UHGV virus genome: UHGV-0139776
Reading direction: 5' to 3' (one strand)
DNA length: 64,000 nt
Origin: a virus
Positions 32,819 through 42,400 of the stretch are shown piece by piece. Numbering within the stretch: the stretch's first letter is position 1; each line of letters starts with the position of its first letter. A program made the translations under genes and the position numbers. Below the pieces are notes generated by a model. It had not been told where the DNA came from, did no database searches, and saw only the letters and a program-made list of their open reading frames with translations.

Positions 32819-33670
32819 CTATTGCGCGCTTTCGGGGTTGTCGTTTACTGGCTGCCCCTTCTTAGTTTTACGGCTGCGCGTAACTGATGCGGCTGATTTG
32901 ACCTTTTTCTCTTCGCGAGTGATGGCAATTTGTTTTTTTACATTTTCAATATCTGCCAGGCGATATATTTTTGCCTGCGGCCAGCGGTCGCAGATGATCG
33001 GTTCTATAGAGTCATAAAGGCTAAATTTTGCTTTCTCGAATTCACCGTTGATGATGATTCCATCACGGAGAGTTTCATCGCAGATAAACACACCACATAG
33101 CGGCACATGGTAACTAACTGATTTACCATCATTGTAGTTAGGGCTACTGGAAATGTAATGGACGCGCAGCATTGTTTCGCTAAAGCCGTGTACGCGCATA
33201 CGGAATTTTTCATCCTCCGGGTACTGCTTCATTAGCTCTTTTGTTGCTTCCAGGTTCTCTATGTATTTCGCACTGTGCTCATTGATCCCCGCGCTTTTTT
33301 GGATGCGAATGTCCTTATCAATCAGATGAATAATGCGGCCAGCGGTCATATTGACGCTGTTCACTGCTTCTGTCTGATAAGTTGTAACCTTACGTACACC
33401 GCGAAGGATGTTAGGCACAGGATATAAAATAGTCTTTGGGATATTGAGGTCTGGGTACTGTTCCAGTTCCCGCGCCATTAAAGTCCATTTATCAATTTCA
33501 GCCTGAATGCTGTCCGTTTCTTTGAACGGTAGAACGACAACCGGGCGTACAGGACGACCGTCGCTGGCGGCATCAACGTGTTGGGCGCGTGCAACAGCTT
33601 TTTTTAGAAAGAGATCCCTGAAGCTGACGAACTCCTGGTACAGTTGTTCGCCGTAGACATAATTTATCAT
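32819..33670 (-). CDS. c1: C1 repressor of lysis
   Basis: 283-aa ORF of the expected size and position; cognate operators throughout the window. Confidence 0.85.
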   Translation of the reverse strand: MINYVYGEQLYQEFVSFRDLFLKKAVARAQHVDAASDGRPVRPVVVLPFKETDSIQAEIDKWTLMARELEQYPDLNIPKTILYPVPNILRGVRKVTTYQTEAVNSVNMTAGRIIHLIDKDIRIQKSAGINEHSAKYIENLEATKELMKQYPEDEKFRMRVHGFSETMLRVHYISSSPNYNDGKSVSYHVPLCGVFICDETLRDGIIINGEFEKAKFSLYDSIEPIICDRWPQAKIYRLADIENVKKQIAITREEKKVKSAASVTRSRKTKKGQPVNDNPESAQ

Positions 33671-33764
33671 TGATCCTCCTCCAGAATTGACATGGCCAAC
33701 AACTCACAGCGGATTACACTGGGAGTTGTTGGCCACCATTATAGAAGGATCCAACGAAAATAAT

Positions 33765-33781
33765 AGATTTATTAGTGCATT
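33765..33781 (-). promoter_or_regulatory. C1 operator-like site (2 mismatches)
   Basis: reverse complement AATGCACTAATAAATCT between coi and c1. Confidence 0.45.
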
Positions 33782-33990
33782 TATTGTGAGTCTGGCTGGT
33801 TAGTGGCCATGAGATATTCGATTGTGTCAGTGAGATCATCCAGGTCGTCTTGGGTGATGCGGTACTCCTGATTGGATATCTTTGAGTAGTGTTCAGCAAT
33901 GGCGCGGGCAGCGTCGGTTTCGGCGGGGTCTACAGATAAAGCGTTAGAGCAATGTCTAACGTCGTCGATGGTTGGTGGAATGAAAGCCAT
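33781..33990 (-). CDS. coi: C1 inactivator Coi
   Basis: 69-aa ORF immediately upstream of c1. Confidence 0.75.
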   Translation of the reverse strand: MAFIPPTIDDVRHCSNALSVDPAETDAARAIAEHYSKISNQEYRITQDDLDDLTDTIEYLMATNQPDSQ

Positions 33991-34228
33991 AATTATGCCT
34001 CACTGTATTGACAACACAGAGCCTGAAGCTCTGACCTACTGTTTCACCCATGATCCATGCTGGGGTAATCTAACAACATTGCGCTGTGTGTAAGATGAGC
34101 AATGCATAGCTGTAATGCCGTTGTATAAGGTTTCCCTGTTTGCTCATTTCCTTCTGAGCCGCTCTACAACGCTGAAGACACATTAAATAGTGAATCCAAA
34201 GTCGTATTACGAAACGGCGGCAAAACTA

Positions 34229-34245
34229 TAATTTATTAGAGCAAT
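34229..34245 (-). promoter_or_regulatory. C1 operator-like site
   Basis: reverse complement ATTGCTCTAATAAATTA. Confidence 0.65.
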
Positions 34246-34311
34246 TGTCAAACAACTATGAAAAACAATCCAGTTTTTGGCTGGTGGAGTGGGATTTTTC
34301 TCTCAAAATTT

Positions 34312-34328
34312 ATTGCTCTAATAATTCT
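34312..34328 (+). promoter_or_regulatory. C1 operator-like site
   Basis: ATTGCTCTAATAATTCT. Confidence 0.65.
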
Positions 34329-34371
34329 TGATTTTTATGCGCAGCTGGACGTAAACTCCTCTTCGGACCTA

Positions 34372-34405
34372 ATAACTTCGTATAGCATACATTATACGAA
34401 GTTAT
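34372..34405. other. loxP site
   Basis: exact ATAACTTCGTATA-GCATACAT-TATACGAAGTTAT. Confidence 0.98.
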
Positions 34406-34823
34406 CTTAAGGGTTATTGAACATGATCAATTTACCTGTAAATCCATACAGTTCAATACCTTATCAGGTCAAATAGTGATCACTTGATCATTTGATCAAG
34501 GTTGCGCTACGTAAAATCTGCGAAATGTTGGCAGTGTTAGTGCTCCAGATTTCGCGTAGCGCACTTAGCACCACCAATCAATCAGAGGTGAAAAATGGGA
34601 TATTCAGCTGCTAAAGTGTCCACTCATCTTGAGCTTGAGAAAAACCGTGGTTACTGGCGGGCAAAAGGGTTTGATCGTGATAGTTGCCAACTGTCATTAT
34701 CGCGCGGTGAAGAGAAAATAGAACGCACGCGCGGTCGCTGGCGTTTCTATGACGAGAACCATAAACAGGTAAAGGCAGAGCCAATCCTGTACACTTTACT
34801 TAAAACTATTATCTGAGTGTTAA

Positions 34824-35855
34824 ATGTCCAATTTACTGACCGTACACCAAAATTTGCCTGCATTACCGGTCGATGCAACGAGTGATGAGGTTCGCAAGAA
34901 CCTGATGGACATGTTCAGGGATCGCCAGGCGTTTTCTGAGCATACCTGGAAAATGCTTCTGTCCGTTTGCCGGTCGTGGGCGGCATGGTGCAAGTTGAAT
35001 AACCGGAAGTGGTTTCCCGCAGAACCTGAAGATGTTCGCGATTATCTTCTATATCTTCAGGCGCGCGGTCTGGCAGTAAAAACTATCCAGCAACATTTGG
35101 GCCAGCTAAACATGCTTCATCGTCGGTCCGGGCTGCCACGACCAAGTGACAGCAATGCTGTTTCACTGGTCATGCGGCGGATTCGAAAAGAAAACGTTGA
35201 TGCCGGTGAACGTGCAAAACAGGCATTGGCGTTCGAACGCACTGATTTCGACCAGGTTCGTTCACTCATGGAAAATAGCGATCGCTGCCAGGATATACGG
35301 AATCTGGCATTTCTGGGGATTGCTTATAACACCCTGTTACGTATAGCCGAAATTGCCAGGATCAGGGTTAAAGATATCTCACGTACTGACGGTGGGAGAA
35401 TGTTAATCCATATTGGCAGAACGAAAACACTGGTTAGCACCGCAGGTGTAGAGAAGGCACTTAGCCTGGGGGTAACTAAACTGGTCGAGCGATGGATTTC
35501 TGTCTCTGGTGTGGCTGATGATCCGAATAACTACCTGTTTTGCCGTGTCAGAAAAAATGGTGTTGCCGCGCCATCTGCCACCAGCCAGCTATCAACTCGC
35601 GCTCTGGAAGGGATTTTTGAAGCAACTCATCGATTGATTTACGGCGCTAAGGATGACTCTGGGCAGAGATACCTGGCCTGGTCTGGACACAGTGCCCGTG
35701 TCGGAGCCGCGCGAGATATGGCCCGCGCCGGAGTTTCAATACCGGAGATCATGCAAGCTGGTGGCTGGACCAATGTAAATATTGTCATGAACTACATTCG
35801 TAACCTGGATAGTGAAACGGGGGCAATGGTGCGCCTGCTGGAAGATGGCGATTAG
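34824..35855 (+). CDS. cre: Cre tyrosine recombinase
   Basis: 343 aa, MSNLLTVHQNLPALPVDATSDEVRKNLMDMF... Confidence 0.97.
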   Translation: MSNLLTVHQNLPALPVDATSDEVRKNLMDMFRDRQAFSEHTWKMLLSVCRSWAAWCKLNNRKWFPAEPEDVRDYLLYLQARGLAVKTIQQHLGQLNMLHRRSGLPRPSDSNAVSLVMRRIRKENVDAGERAKQALAFERTDFDQVRSLMENSDRCQDIRNLAFLGIAYNTLLRIAEIARIRVKDISRTDGGRMLIHIGRTKTLVSTAGVEKALSLGVTKLVERWISVSGVADDPNNYLFCRVRKNGVAAPSATSQLSTRALEGIFEATHRLIYGAKDDSGQRYLAWSGHSARVGAARDMARAGVSIPEIMQAGGWTNVNIVMNYIRNLDSETGAMVRLLEDGD

Positions 35856-35872
35856 CCGTTTATTTGCAACTG

Positions 35873-35889
35873 ATTGCTCTAATTATTTG
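35873..35889 (+). promoter_or_regulatory. C1 operator-like site
   Basis: ATTGCTCTAATTATTTG 18 bp after cre stop. Confidence 0.6.
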
Positions 35890-35905
35890 ATATTTATGGT
35901 GACAC

Positions 35906-36217
35906 ATGCGGAAGGATTTCAAAATAGACGGAAAATATGTGGTGCTGTCTGTAAGCTCTCAAATTCAGTCACCATCTGTCATTGTCACCGTAAAGTTGAG
36001 CGATAGGATGCCTGATATCGACTCGATATCTGTTGCGTTCCCCGTTAAAAGCATGCGGAGTGCTGAACATTTTGTGATGAATGCAACGGAGGAGGAAGCG
36101 CGGCGCGGGCTTACTAGAGTGATGGTGGAATTTGGCGAACTCCTGGGTAAGGTAAACAATGCCCTTTCAATCAGTTCAGCAAGATCCAAAGCGTTAACAG
36201 CTTCCATGATGAAATAA
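35906..36217 (+). CDS. hypothetical protein at the P1 cra position
   Basis: 103-aa ORF between cre and ref. Confidence 0.5.
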   Translation: MRKDFKIDGKYVVLSVSSQIQSPSVIVTVKLSDRMPDIDSISVAFPVKSMRSAEHFVMNATEEEARRGLTRVMVEFGELLGKVNNALSISSARSKALTASMMK

Positions 36218-36221
36218 AAAA

Positions 36222-36242
36222 AGCCTGGCAAGGAGCCAGGCT
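36222..36242. terminator. hairpin, terminator-like for leftward transcription
   Basis: AGCCTGGC-AAGGA-GCCAGGCT preceded by an A7 run (T7 on the minus strand). Confidence 0.45.
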
Positions 36243-36348
36243 GCACAAAAGAGCGGGTTTGTATTCCGCATCCAATCAATCAAGAAGGAGTATAGCACAC
36301 AGGTACTGAAGTGAAAAAATGTGATTCGCGATTAACAAAATACCTACC

Positions 36349-36378
36349 ATTGCTCTAATTGATTGCTATAATTAAGCC
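36349..36378 (+). promoter_or_regulatory. tandem overlapping C1 operator-like sites
   Basis: ATTGCTCTAATTGATTG and ATTGCTATAATTAAGCC upstream of ref. Confidence 0.6.
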
Positions 36379-36463
36379 GCAGTTTTTGTCAACTACGAAG
36401 ACGTTGCCATTACTTCACTCCTTGACATCATTGGCGGCCATTAGGCCGCCTTTTTTTTGCCAT

Positions 36464-37024
36464 ATGAAAACAATCGAACAAAAACTTGAACAGCGCCGCG
36501 AGTGGCAGAAGGCAGCCAGAGAACGAGCGATCGCTCGGCAACGGGAAAAGTTGGCTGACCCCGCCTGGCGAGAATCGCAATATCAGAAAATGCGGGATTC
36601 TATCGACCGCCGTATCGCTAAACAGAAAGAGCGCCCACCAGCCAGCAAAACGCGGAAAAGTGCGGTAAAAATAAAATCTCGTGGCTTGAAGGGGCGAACA
36701 CCGACGGAGGAGGAACAGACTATCGCCAATGCTCTTGGCACTCTCCCCTGCATTGCCTGCTACATGCATGGAGTAATATCTGAAGAGGTGTCTCTGCACC
36801 ATATCTCCGGTCGTACCGCGCCGGGTTGTCACAAAAAGCAATTGCCCCTTTGCAGATGGCACCACCAGCATGCAGCACCGGCTGAAGTAAGAGAAAAATA
36901 CCCCTGGCTGGTCCCTGTTCATGCCGATGGCGTGGTAGGAGGCAAGAAAGAATTCACCTTGTTGAACAAGTCAGAGATGGAGTTGCTGGCTGACGCCTAT
37001 GAAATGGCAAACATCATGCACTAA
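36464..37024 (+). CDS. ref: Ref (HNH-type recombination enhancement nuclease)
   Basis: 186 aa; basic N-terminus, HNH-like LHHISG...CRWHH core. Confidence 0.8.
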   Translation: MKTIEQKLEQRREWQKAARERAIARQREKLADPAWRESQYQKMRDSIDRRIAKQKERPPASKTRKSAVKIKSRGLKGRTPTEEEQTIANALGTLPCIACYMHGVISEEVSLHHISGRTAPGCHKKQLPLCRWHHQHAAPAEVREKYPWLVPVHADGVVGGKKEFTLLNKSEMELLADAYEMANIMH

Positions 37025-37212
37025 TAAATATATTATTTTTAATCTTAAATGATTGACAACTGACAAGTGACTTGAGTCAGAATCATCACACGCCCGGTAC
37101 GGATGGATCCCTTTTCAAATATTCCATGGACGGCACAGTCTGAGTACCGGGCGCTACCTTCAGTTGTATTGCTAAGCCGCCGCTGGTGGCTTTTCTTTTT
37201 TGTAGGGGCGCT

Positions 37213-37854
37213 ATGGATAAGAAAATATGCGTTGTTTCGATGAGCGTCGGCAAACCGGCGTCAATGACTGCTGCATGGATCAACAACGAGCTGATAATGG
37301 CTGAGCGGACCAGCTACCCTGAACGCCGCCGCGACATGGAACTCCAGCTGCTGCGCGAATTGCGAGAAAAAGAGGAAAAGGGTTTTATCGTGCTGGTGGA
37401 AGAGGAAAACAGCTTTATTACTGGTCGAGTTGGCCAGCGTGTAAGGTTGCGCGATCCCTTCATGAACGGCAGGCCGGTACTGATTGAAGCAATGCAGATT
37501 TACAAGGAGCTGGAACGCCAGAAAGCGATCAAGTTACCGCGCAAGGAATCCGGCAAATACATCCTCCACCAAAGCATCTTCGATTCCGAACACGATAAAA
37601 AAGGCGATGAATTTTTCAACATCAACTGGAGCGAAATAACGACAGAGCATGTTCTGACGTTACTATGTTGCTTTGCGACGGAATACAACAACGTTGCCAG
37701 CGCCGACTACATCAGGGCAATGGCTGGAGAAGTTGAAGCCCGCCAGGAACCATCGTTACTAAGTCCACTTATTAACATAATTCTGGGTACCCAGACACTG
37801 GAACAAAAAAAAGTGCCGAAAGGGGTATTAACAGGCAAGCATAATTATTTCTAA
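37213..37854 (+). CDS. mat: particle maturation protein-like
   Basis: 213-aa ORF from ATG 37213 at the P1 mat position. Confidence 0.6.
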   Translation: MDKKICVVSMSVGKPASMTAAWINNELIMAERTSYPERRRDMELQLLRELREKEEKGFIVLVEEENSFITGRVGQRVRLRDPFMNGRPVLIEAMQIYKELERQKAIKLPRKESGKYILHQSIFDSEHDKKGDEFFNINWSEITTEHVLTLLCCFATEYNNVASADYIRAMAGEVEARQEPSLLSPLINIILGTQTLEQKKVPKGVLTGKHNYF

Positions 37855-38052
37855 TAATTTATAGTGGGGACTTTTGATGGTGTAAAACCCCATGAATTAT
37901 TATTTTTTAGTTTTTTGATTCTATTTTTTTTGCATTACCCGTCATAAAAATGAGCTTGCTTACATAATAGAAAATTATTTTATCAACACTATTACAACAA
38001 ACGATTATCACTGATAACATGAGTCCTTTGAAAACAAAGGACTCACCATACT

Positions 38053-38661
38053 ATGTCTAATACCTCGGCAAATGAAATTGTACCGCACTTACCGCTAATT
38101 TTCGAAAATGAAGCTAATGGGATTCTTCAGGATCTGGCCTATACTCCATCGCTTATGGGGTTGATGATGTTCCCGACAGAAGAGGAGCTGAAAGCAGCGA
38201 GAAGCTACATAATTAACGTTTTTGAAGAGTGTTACCGAGCCGGTCATTTGCGCATTATGGGCTTTACTAATGAAGAAAACTTGTTCGGATACGCCTTAAT
38301 CTTCGGACATCCATCGGGAAATTTTCCGTTGTACTGTCATAAAATATATGTATATGAGCAATATCGTGGTAATGGACTTGGAAGTAATATACTGGCAGAA
38401 ATACTTGCATTTCCAAATGAGGTCGCTTTGATTTGCCAGTCTGATTTGGTTCCTTTTTATGAATCAGCCGGAATGCACTTTAAAGGAAATTACACCACTC
38501 CATCAGTCGCCAATTTCAAAAAAACTCGCGGCATGTATGAGGGGCTTTGTTTGATGAGCACTGAAAAAAATGCAAACTCTAATGGTGTACCTATATTCAT
38601 GCTGAACGATAACGATATTGATAACATCATACAGGCTATCGCATCATCGGCACCACGATAA
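38053..38661 (+). CDS. GNAT-family N-acetyltransferase
   Basis: YVYEQYRGNGLGSNIL acetyl-CoA-binding motif; AT-rich gene with 195-bp AT-rich leader. Confidence 0.7.
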   Translation: MSNTSANEIVPHLPLIFENEANGILQDLAYTPSLMGLMMFPTEEELKAARSYIINVFEECYRAGHLRIMGFTNEENLFGYALIFGHPSGNFPLYCHKIYVYEQYRGNGLGSNILAEILAFPNEVALICQSDLVPFYESAGMHFKGNYTTPSVANFKKTRGMYEGLCLMSTEKNANSNGVPIFMLNDNDIDNIIQAIASSAPR

Positions 38662-38743
38662 TATTAATAATTCATCTCGCCGCAGGAACTACAAACCAGT
38701 TGATTGTTTGTGAAACGCCCGGTGCAAACCGGGCCAACAAAAC

Positions 38744-38992
38744 TCAATCAGCATTGAGAAGCAATGCATTATCTATGATGATCTGCTCCCATTCTTCGAA
38801 TGCCCGGTCGCGGACGCCCTGGGGAACACTGTTTGTTTTGAAATCGACGACTGTACGCCATTTCCCGTCCGGACGGTACATGCGCAGAGCTTTACTTCCC
38901 CCTTCCCTGCGCACCTCAACGTTATGCTTGTCAGCAAACTCTTGTAATGCTCGTAGCGTCCCATGCTTTACTGTGTAGTATCGCTTTTTCAA
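38744..38992 (-). CDS. hypothetical protein (P1 lxc position)
   Basis: 82-aa ORF, last gene of the darB operon. Confidence 0.5.
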   Translation of the reverse strand: MKKRYYTVKHGTLRALQEFADKHNVEVRREGGSKALRMYRPDGKWRTVVDFKTNSVPQGVRDRAFEEWEQIIIDNALLLNAD

Positions 38993-39429
38993 GTTTTCTC
39001 TCCAGCCTGTGCCAAGGCTTCAACTTCCAAATCGTAAGACTCAAACTCATAGTCCTGGTCGTCAACTTCTTCAGGCACTGGCAGTAAATGCCAGGCTGAG
39101 TATATCTGACCATTATCAAAACGCTCCTGGCTGTAGAGCGTCGCGGCTATGAGTGTTAGCGCCGGGCGGTCATAACGGTAAATTTTGCGAACGTCACGGT
39201 CAACGAGACGACCGAAATTACCATAACCGCGCTCCAGTAATAATTTTTTAATTTCCGGCCAGTATGGACCATAGCTGCGGTACAGGCGGGGATTTTTCAG
39301 TAATCGCCCGCGTAGCCCTGACAGGAAGAAATCAACGTATTCGTCTTCTGTCTTTCCTAACAACGCTGTACGGAGTACCGCCTCAAGATATGTTTTATTC
39401 GGTTTTATTGTATCAGATAGTGTGGCCAT
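38989..39429 (-). CDS. hypothetical protein (P1 ulx position)
   Basis: 146-aa ORF coupled to neighbours. Confidence 0.5.
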   Translation of the reverse strand: MATLSDTIKPNKTYLEAVLRTALLGKTEDEYVDFFLSGLRGRLLKNPRLYRSYGPYWPEIKKLLLERGYGNFGRLVDRDVRKIYRYDRPALTLIAATLYSQERFDNGQIYSAWHLLPVPEEVDDQDYEFESYDLEVEALAQAGEKT

Positions 39430-39462
39430 ATTATGCGACGCCCGGCGAACCGGGCGCTCCTG

Positions 39463-42400
39463 TTATGCGTATTGTTGGATGACGGCCAGAACGTCCGCCA
39501 CGTTGTGTTTTGTCTCGATAATCCACCAGTTACCTGGGAAGTCGCTGTTCTTCGCCTTCGCTGGCAACCAGCGAGCGCCGAATTTCGCCTTGATTGCGTC
39601 TTTCGCACGGAAAAGAACCCCTTTCATGCCGGAGGCTTCCTGAAGCCCAAATACCTCGCCAGCGGCGAATTTTGGTGCGTACATCATCTTCAGGTCGGCG
39701 GTGGATACGCGATAATTCAGACCAAGAGACTGAGCTATGCTGGTGGCATCACCCTGTATTGATGATAACTCTTCTTGTTTCTCGTTTCTGGCAGCAATTT
39801 CTTCCTCCGTGATGTTGCCAAGGGCCAGGTTTATCCGATCAGCGTCTGCCTGTTTCTCTTCATCGGTGCGCCCGGCAAGTACCATGTTAATTCTGTGCAA
39901 TATCTCCACATGATTCTTGCGCATGCTGAGCAATTCCGGCGTAACCTCGTTAAGGTCCACCAGCCCAAGGATGGCAAGGTCGGTAAACATTGATACCAGG
40001 TTGTAGGTCATGCGATAGCTGAGTTGCCCATAGGCTGATGGCAACTGCACCGCATCCATTTTATAGGCATCCATAAATTTAGAGCCGTCGTTTACGACAT
40101 CCGCAATTGCCGGTGTGATTTTTCCTGTGGTGGCGGCCTCCCTGATTGCTGTTACCCACGATTGAGTCAGCGCGGCGACTGCATGATTCAGATTGACTTT
40201 CCGTTCTGCTGCAATGCGCGCGCTTGCTGCGTCCATTGCCTGCTTGATCTCGTCTTTATTGCTGTAAATGCCAATGGTGCCAAACTGTGCTGTGGTGATC
40301 TCATAATCTGACGCCCGGAACTCATTGGTACCGAAAATGGCATTGGTGACTTCAAGTTCAGAATCCCCGTTACGAGTAGCCCCCTGGCTTGTTTTCTCCG
40401 GCATTCTGGCGATCGCATCCGCTATTTTCTCCTGAATTGCTTCAGGGGATAGCGTATCTCCGTATGACGCGATTACATCGCCATAATTGGAGCCAAACAG
40501 TTCAACCAGGAATGCTTCTGCCGAACGGATCTGGCGGTTATTCCCTTCCGACATCATACCAAGCACCCATTTTGCAATTGACGACTTCAGCGCGCCGTCA
40601 CGGCGATCCGGGTAAACCGCATGCTTCAGTGGGTCCGTATAGGTACCAACAAAATCAATGCTATAGCCTGACTCTGTAGTCTGAACGCCGTATGAGTCAG
40701 TGATTTTGATCATGCCGCGCTGCTGGAAACGGTAGAAATCGTCACAGGAAACGATGTCGTTAATCCCGGCGATGGAGACGCCACCACTGATTTTCTGCAT
40801 AACAGCATCTTCATCGGGAGTTACATCAACCTGTTTATCCAGCGTCTTCACATCCCAGTTACCAGATTTGGTGCCTTTGAAGGTGAAGATGATCTCCACG
40901 TCTGCGCGCTGGCTGTCGAAGTCCAGCGACTTAATGCGAACGATATCACCGGCACAATCGTAGTATTGGCCTACACGCCATGAGCGATCGCCGATAACAA
41001 GGAACTCACTCGCATGGTTAACCAGGTCAGGATCAACATCCAGAATGCCTTTATTTAATGCATCCTCCACCAGCGGGCGCAGGCGTTTGATATCCGTCGC
41101 GGCCTTCTGAGTACGGTTCAATAATTTCTCATAGCGGGAGATGGCTTGAGAGATATTAGCCTTGCGCTGAATGGCGCTTTTCAACGACGCGCGATACTGT
41201 GCTAACAACATACGGTCTGTGTGATGGACACTCCCCCAGCGTGCCTTCCAGTCTGCGTTATCCGCTGCCTTGGCCATTGCCGCCTGTTTGAATTTAGCTA
41301 CCTCGGCGGTGGTCTTTTCAAGTTCCGCTTTGCTTCGCTCTAATTCAGCGGTAAGCACCTCCACATCCTCACCAGCTGCGTGCTGCGCCTTGATGTAGTT
41401 CTGAAGGTCGATAGTAGCCTGTTCTTTCTGGCGAGCGCGTTGCGCGGCTTTCGCCTTATCCATTTGAACCTGCATCATTGCCAGACGTTCGCCATCATCC
41501 TTAGCGGTATACATCTGCATTTCGATCATATCGTTGGCGTCGGCGTTCTCCATTTCTGACTTATCTGAACGGAGGATATCGGAGATCCAGCCTGCTTTAC
41601 GCTTCAGCGTCTTCAGTCGGTATTCATCGAAAGAACCCTTGCCGCAGTAGTAGTGAACGCGAACGCTTGCACGGTTGGAGCCAACTCGGGCACCGCGACC
41701 GTTTCGTTGCGCAATACTGGCTGGAGTCCATGGCAACGTCAGATGATGGATGTCAGTCGTTCCTCGATGCAGGTTGATACCCACCTCTGCCTTTTTGTTG
41801 CAGATGATGATCGGAGTCCGGCCCTCCTGGAAGTCGGCTGCAATCTTTTCCAGACCGCCCAACGACATTTCATTTTGCTGCGCGATATAGGCGTCATACA
41901 GAGCCATTTGCTCGTTGTATTTCGCTATCTGTGCATCTGTTGGTTCATCCGGTAACTCTTTCGGCGGTTTAACCGCTTTCAGTTTCTTACCGGTTTTACC
42001 TGCCTCGGCAACCGTCTGAGCATTCAGTATCCCCACCTTTGAAGGTTCAAGGTTAAGAGCATTGCAGATAATGCGCTTGAGCTTCTGGTGCTGCGTTTTT
42101 TCATCGGTGAAGATGATTTGCTTACCTTCCGGGAAAAACTCCTTCAGCGTGGCAATCAGCTTCGCGTATTTGGGCGTAACGGGGTGAGTTACGGTCTGTT
42201 CGTCAATGCCAAACCTGGCCAGGCGCTTATTCACTTCCTGCTCGAACGCTTCCGGAACCTGCAACTGAATAAACTCGCCCTTATCTATCAGGGAGTATTG
42301 CGATTGCTGCGTGATTAAATCATCACTGTCGTCGTCTTCGCTGGTGGCTTGTTTAGGCAAACTGTCCGCCAGCTGCTGCACCGCATCGGCGTACTCCGGC

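Noticed and set aside
33899-34093. 64-aa plus-strand ORF between coi and loxP
   Set aside because: No RBS, overlaps the coi start region on the opposite strand; P1-type small immunity genes here would be leftward.
37855-39430. Type III res-mod genes or IS1 expected from the P1 map
   Set aside because: No ORF with methyltransferase, helicase/endonuclease or transposase features exists between mat and the darB operon; only the GNAT gene is present.
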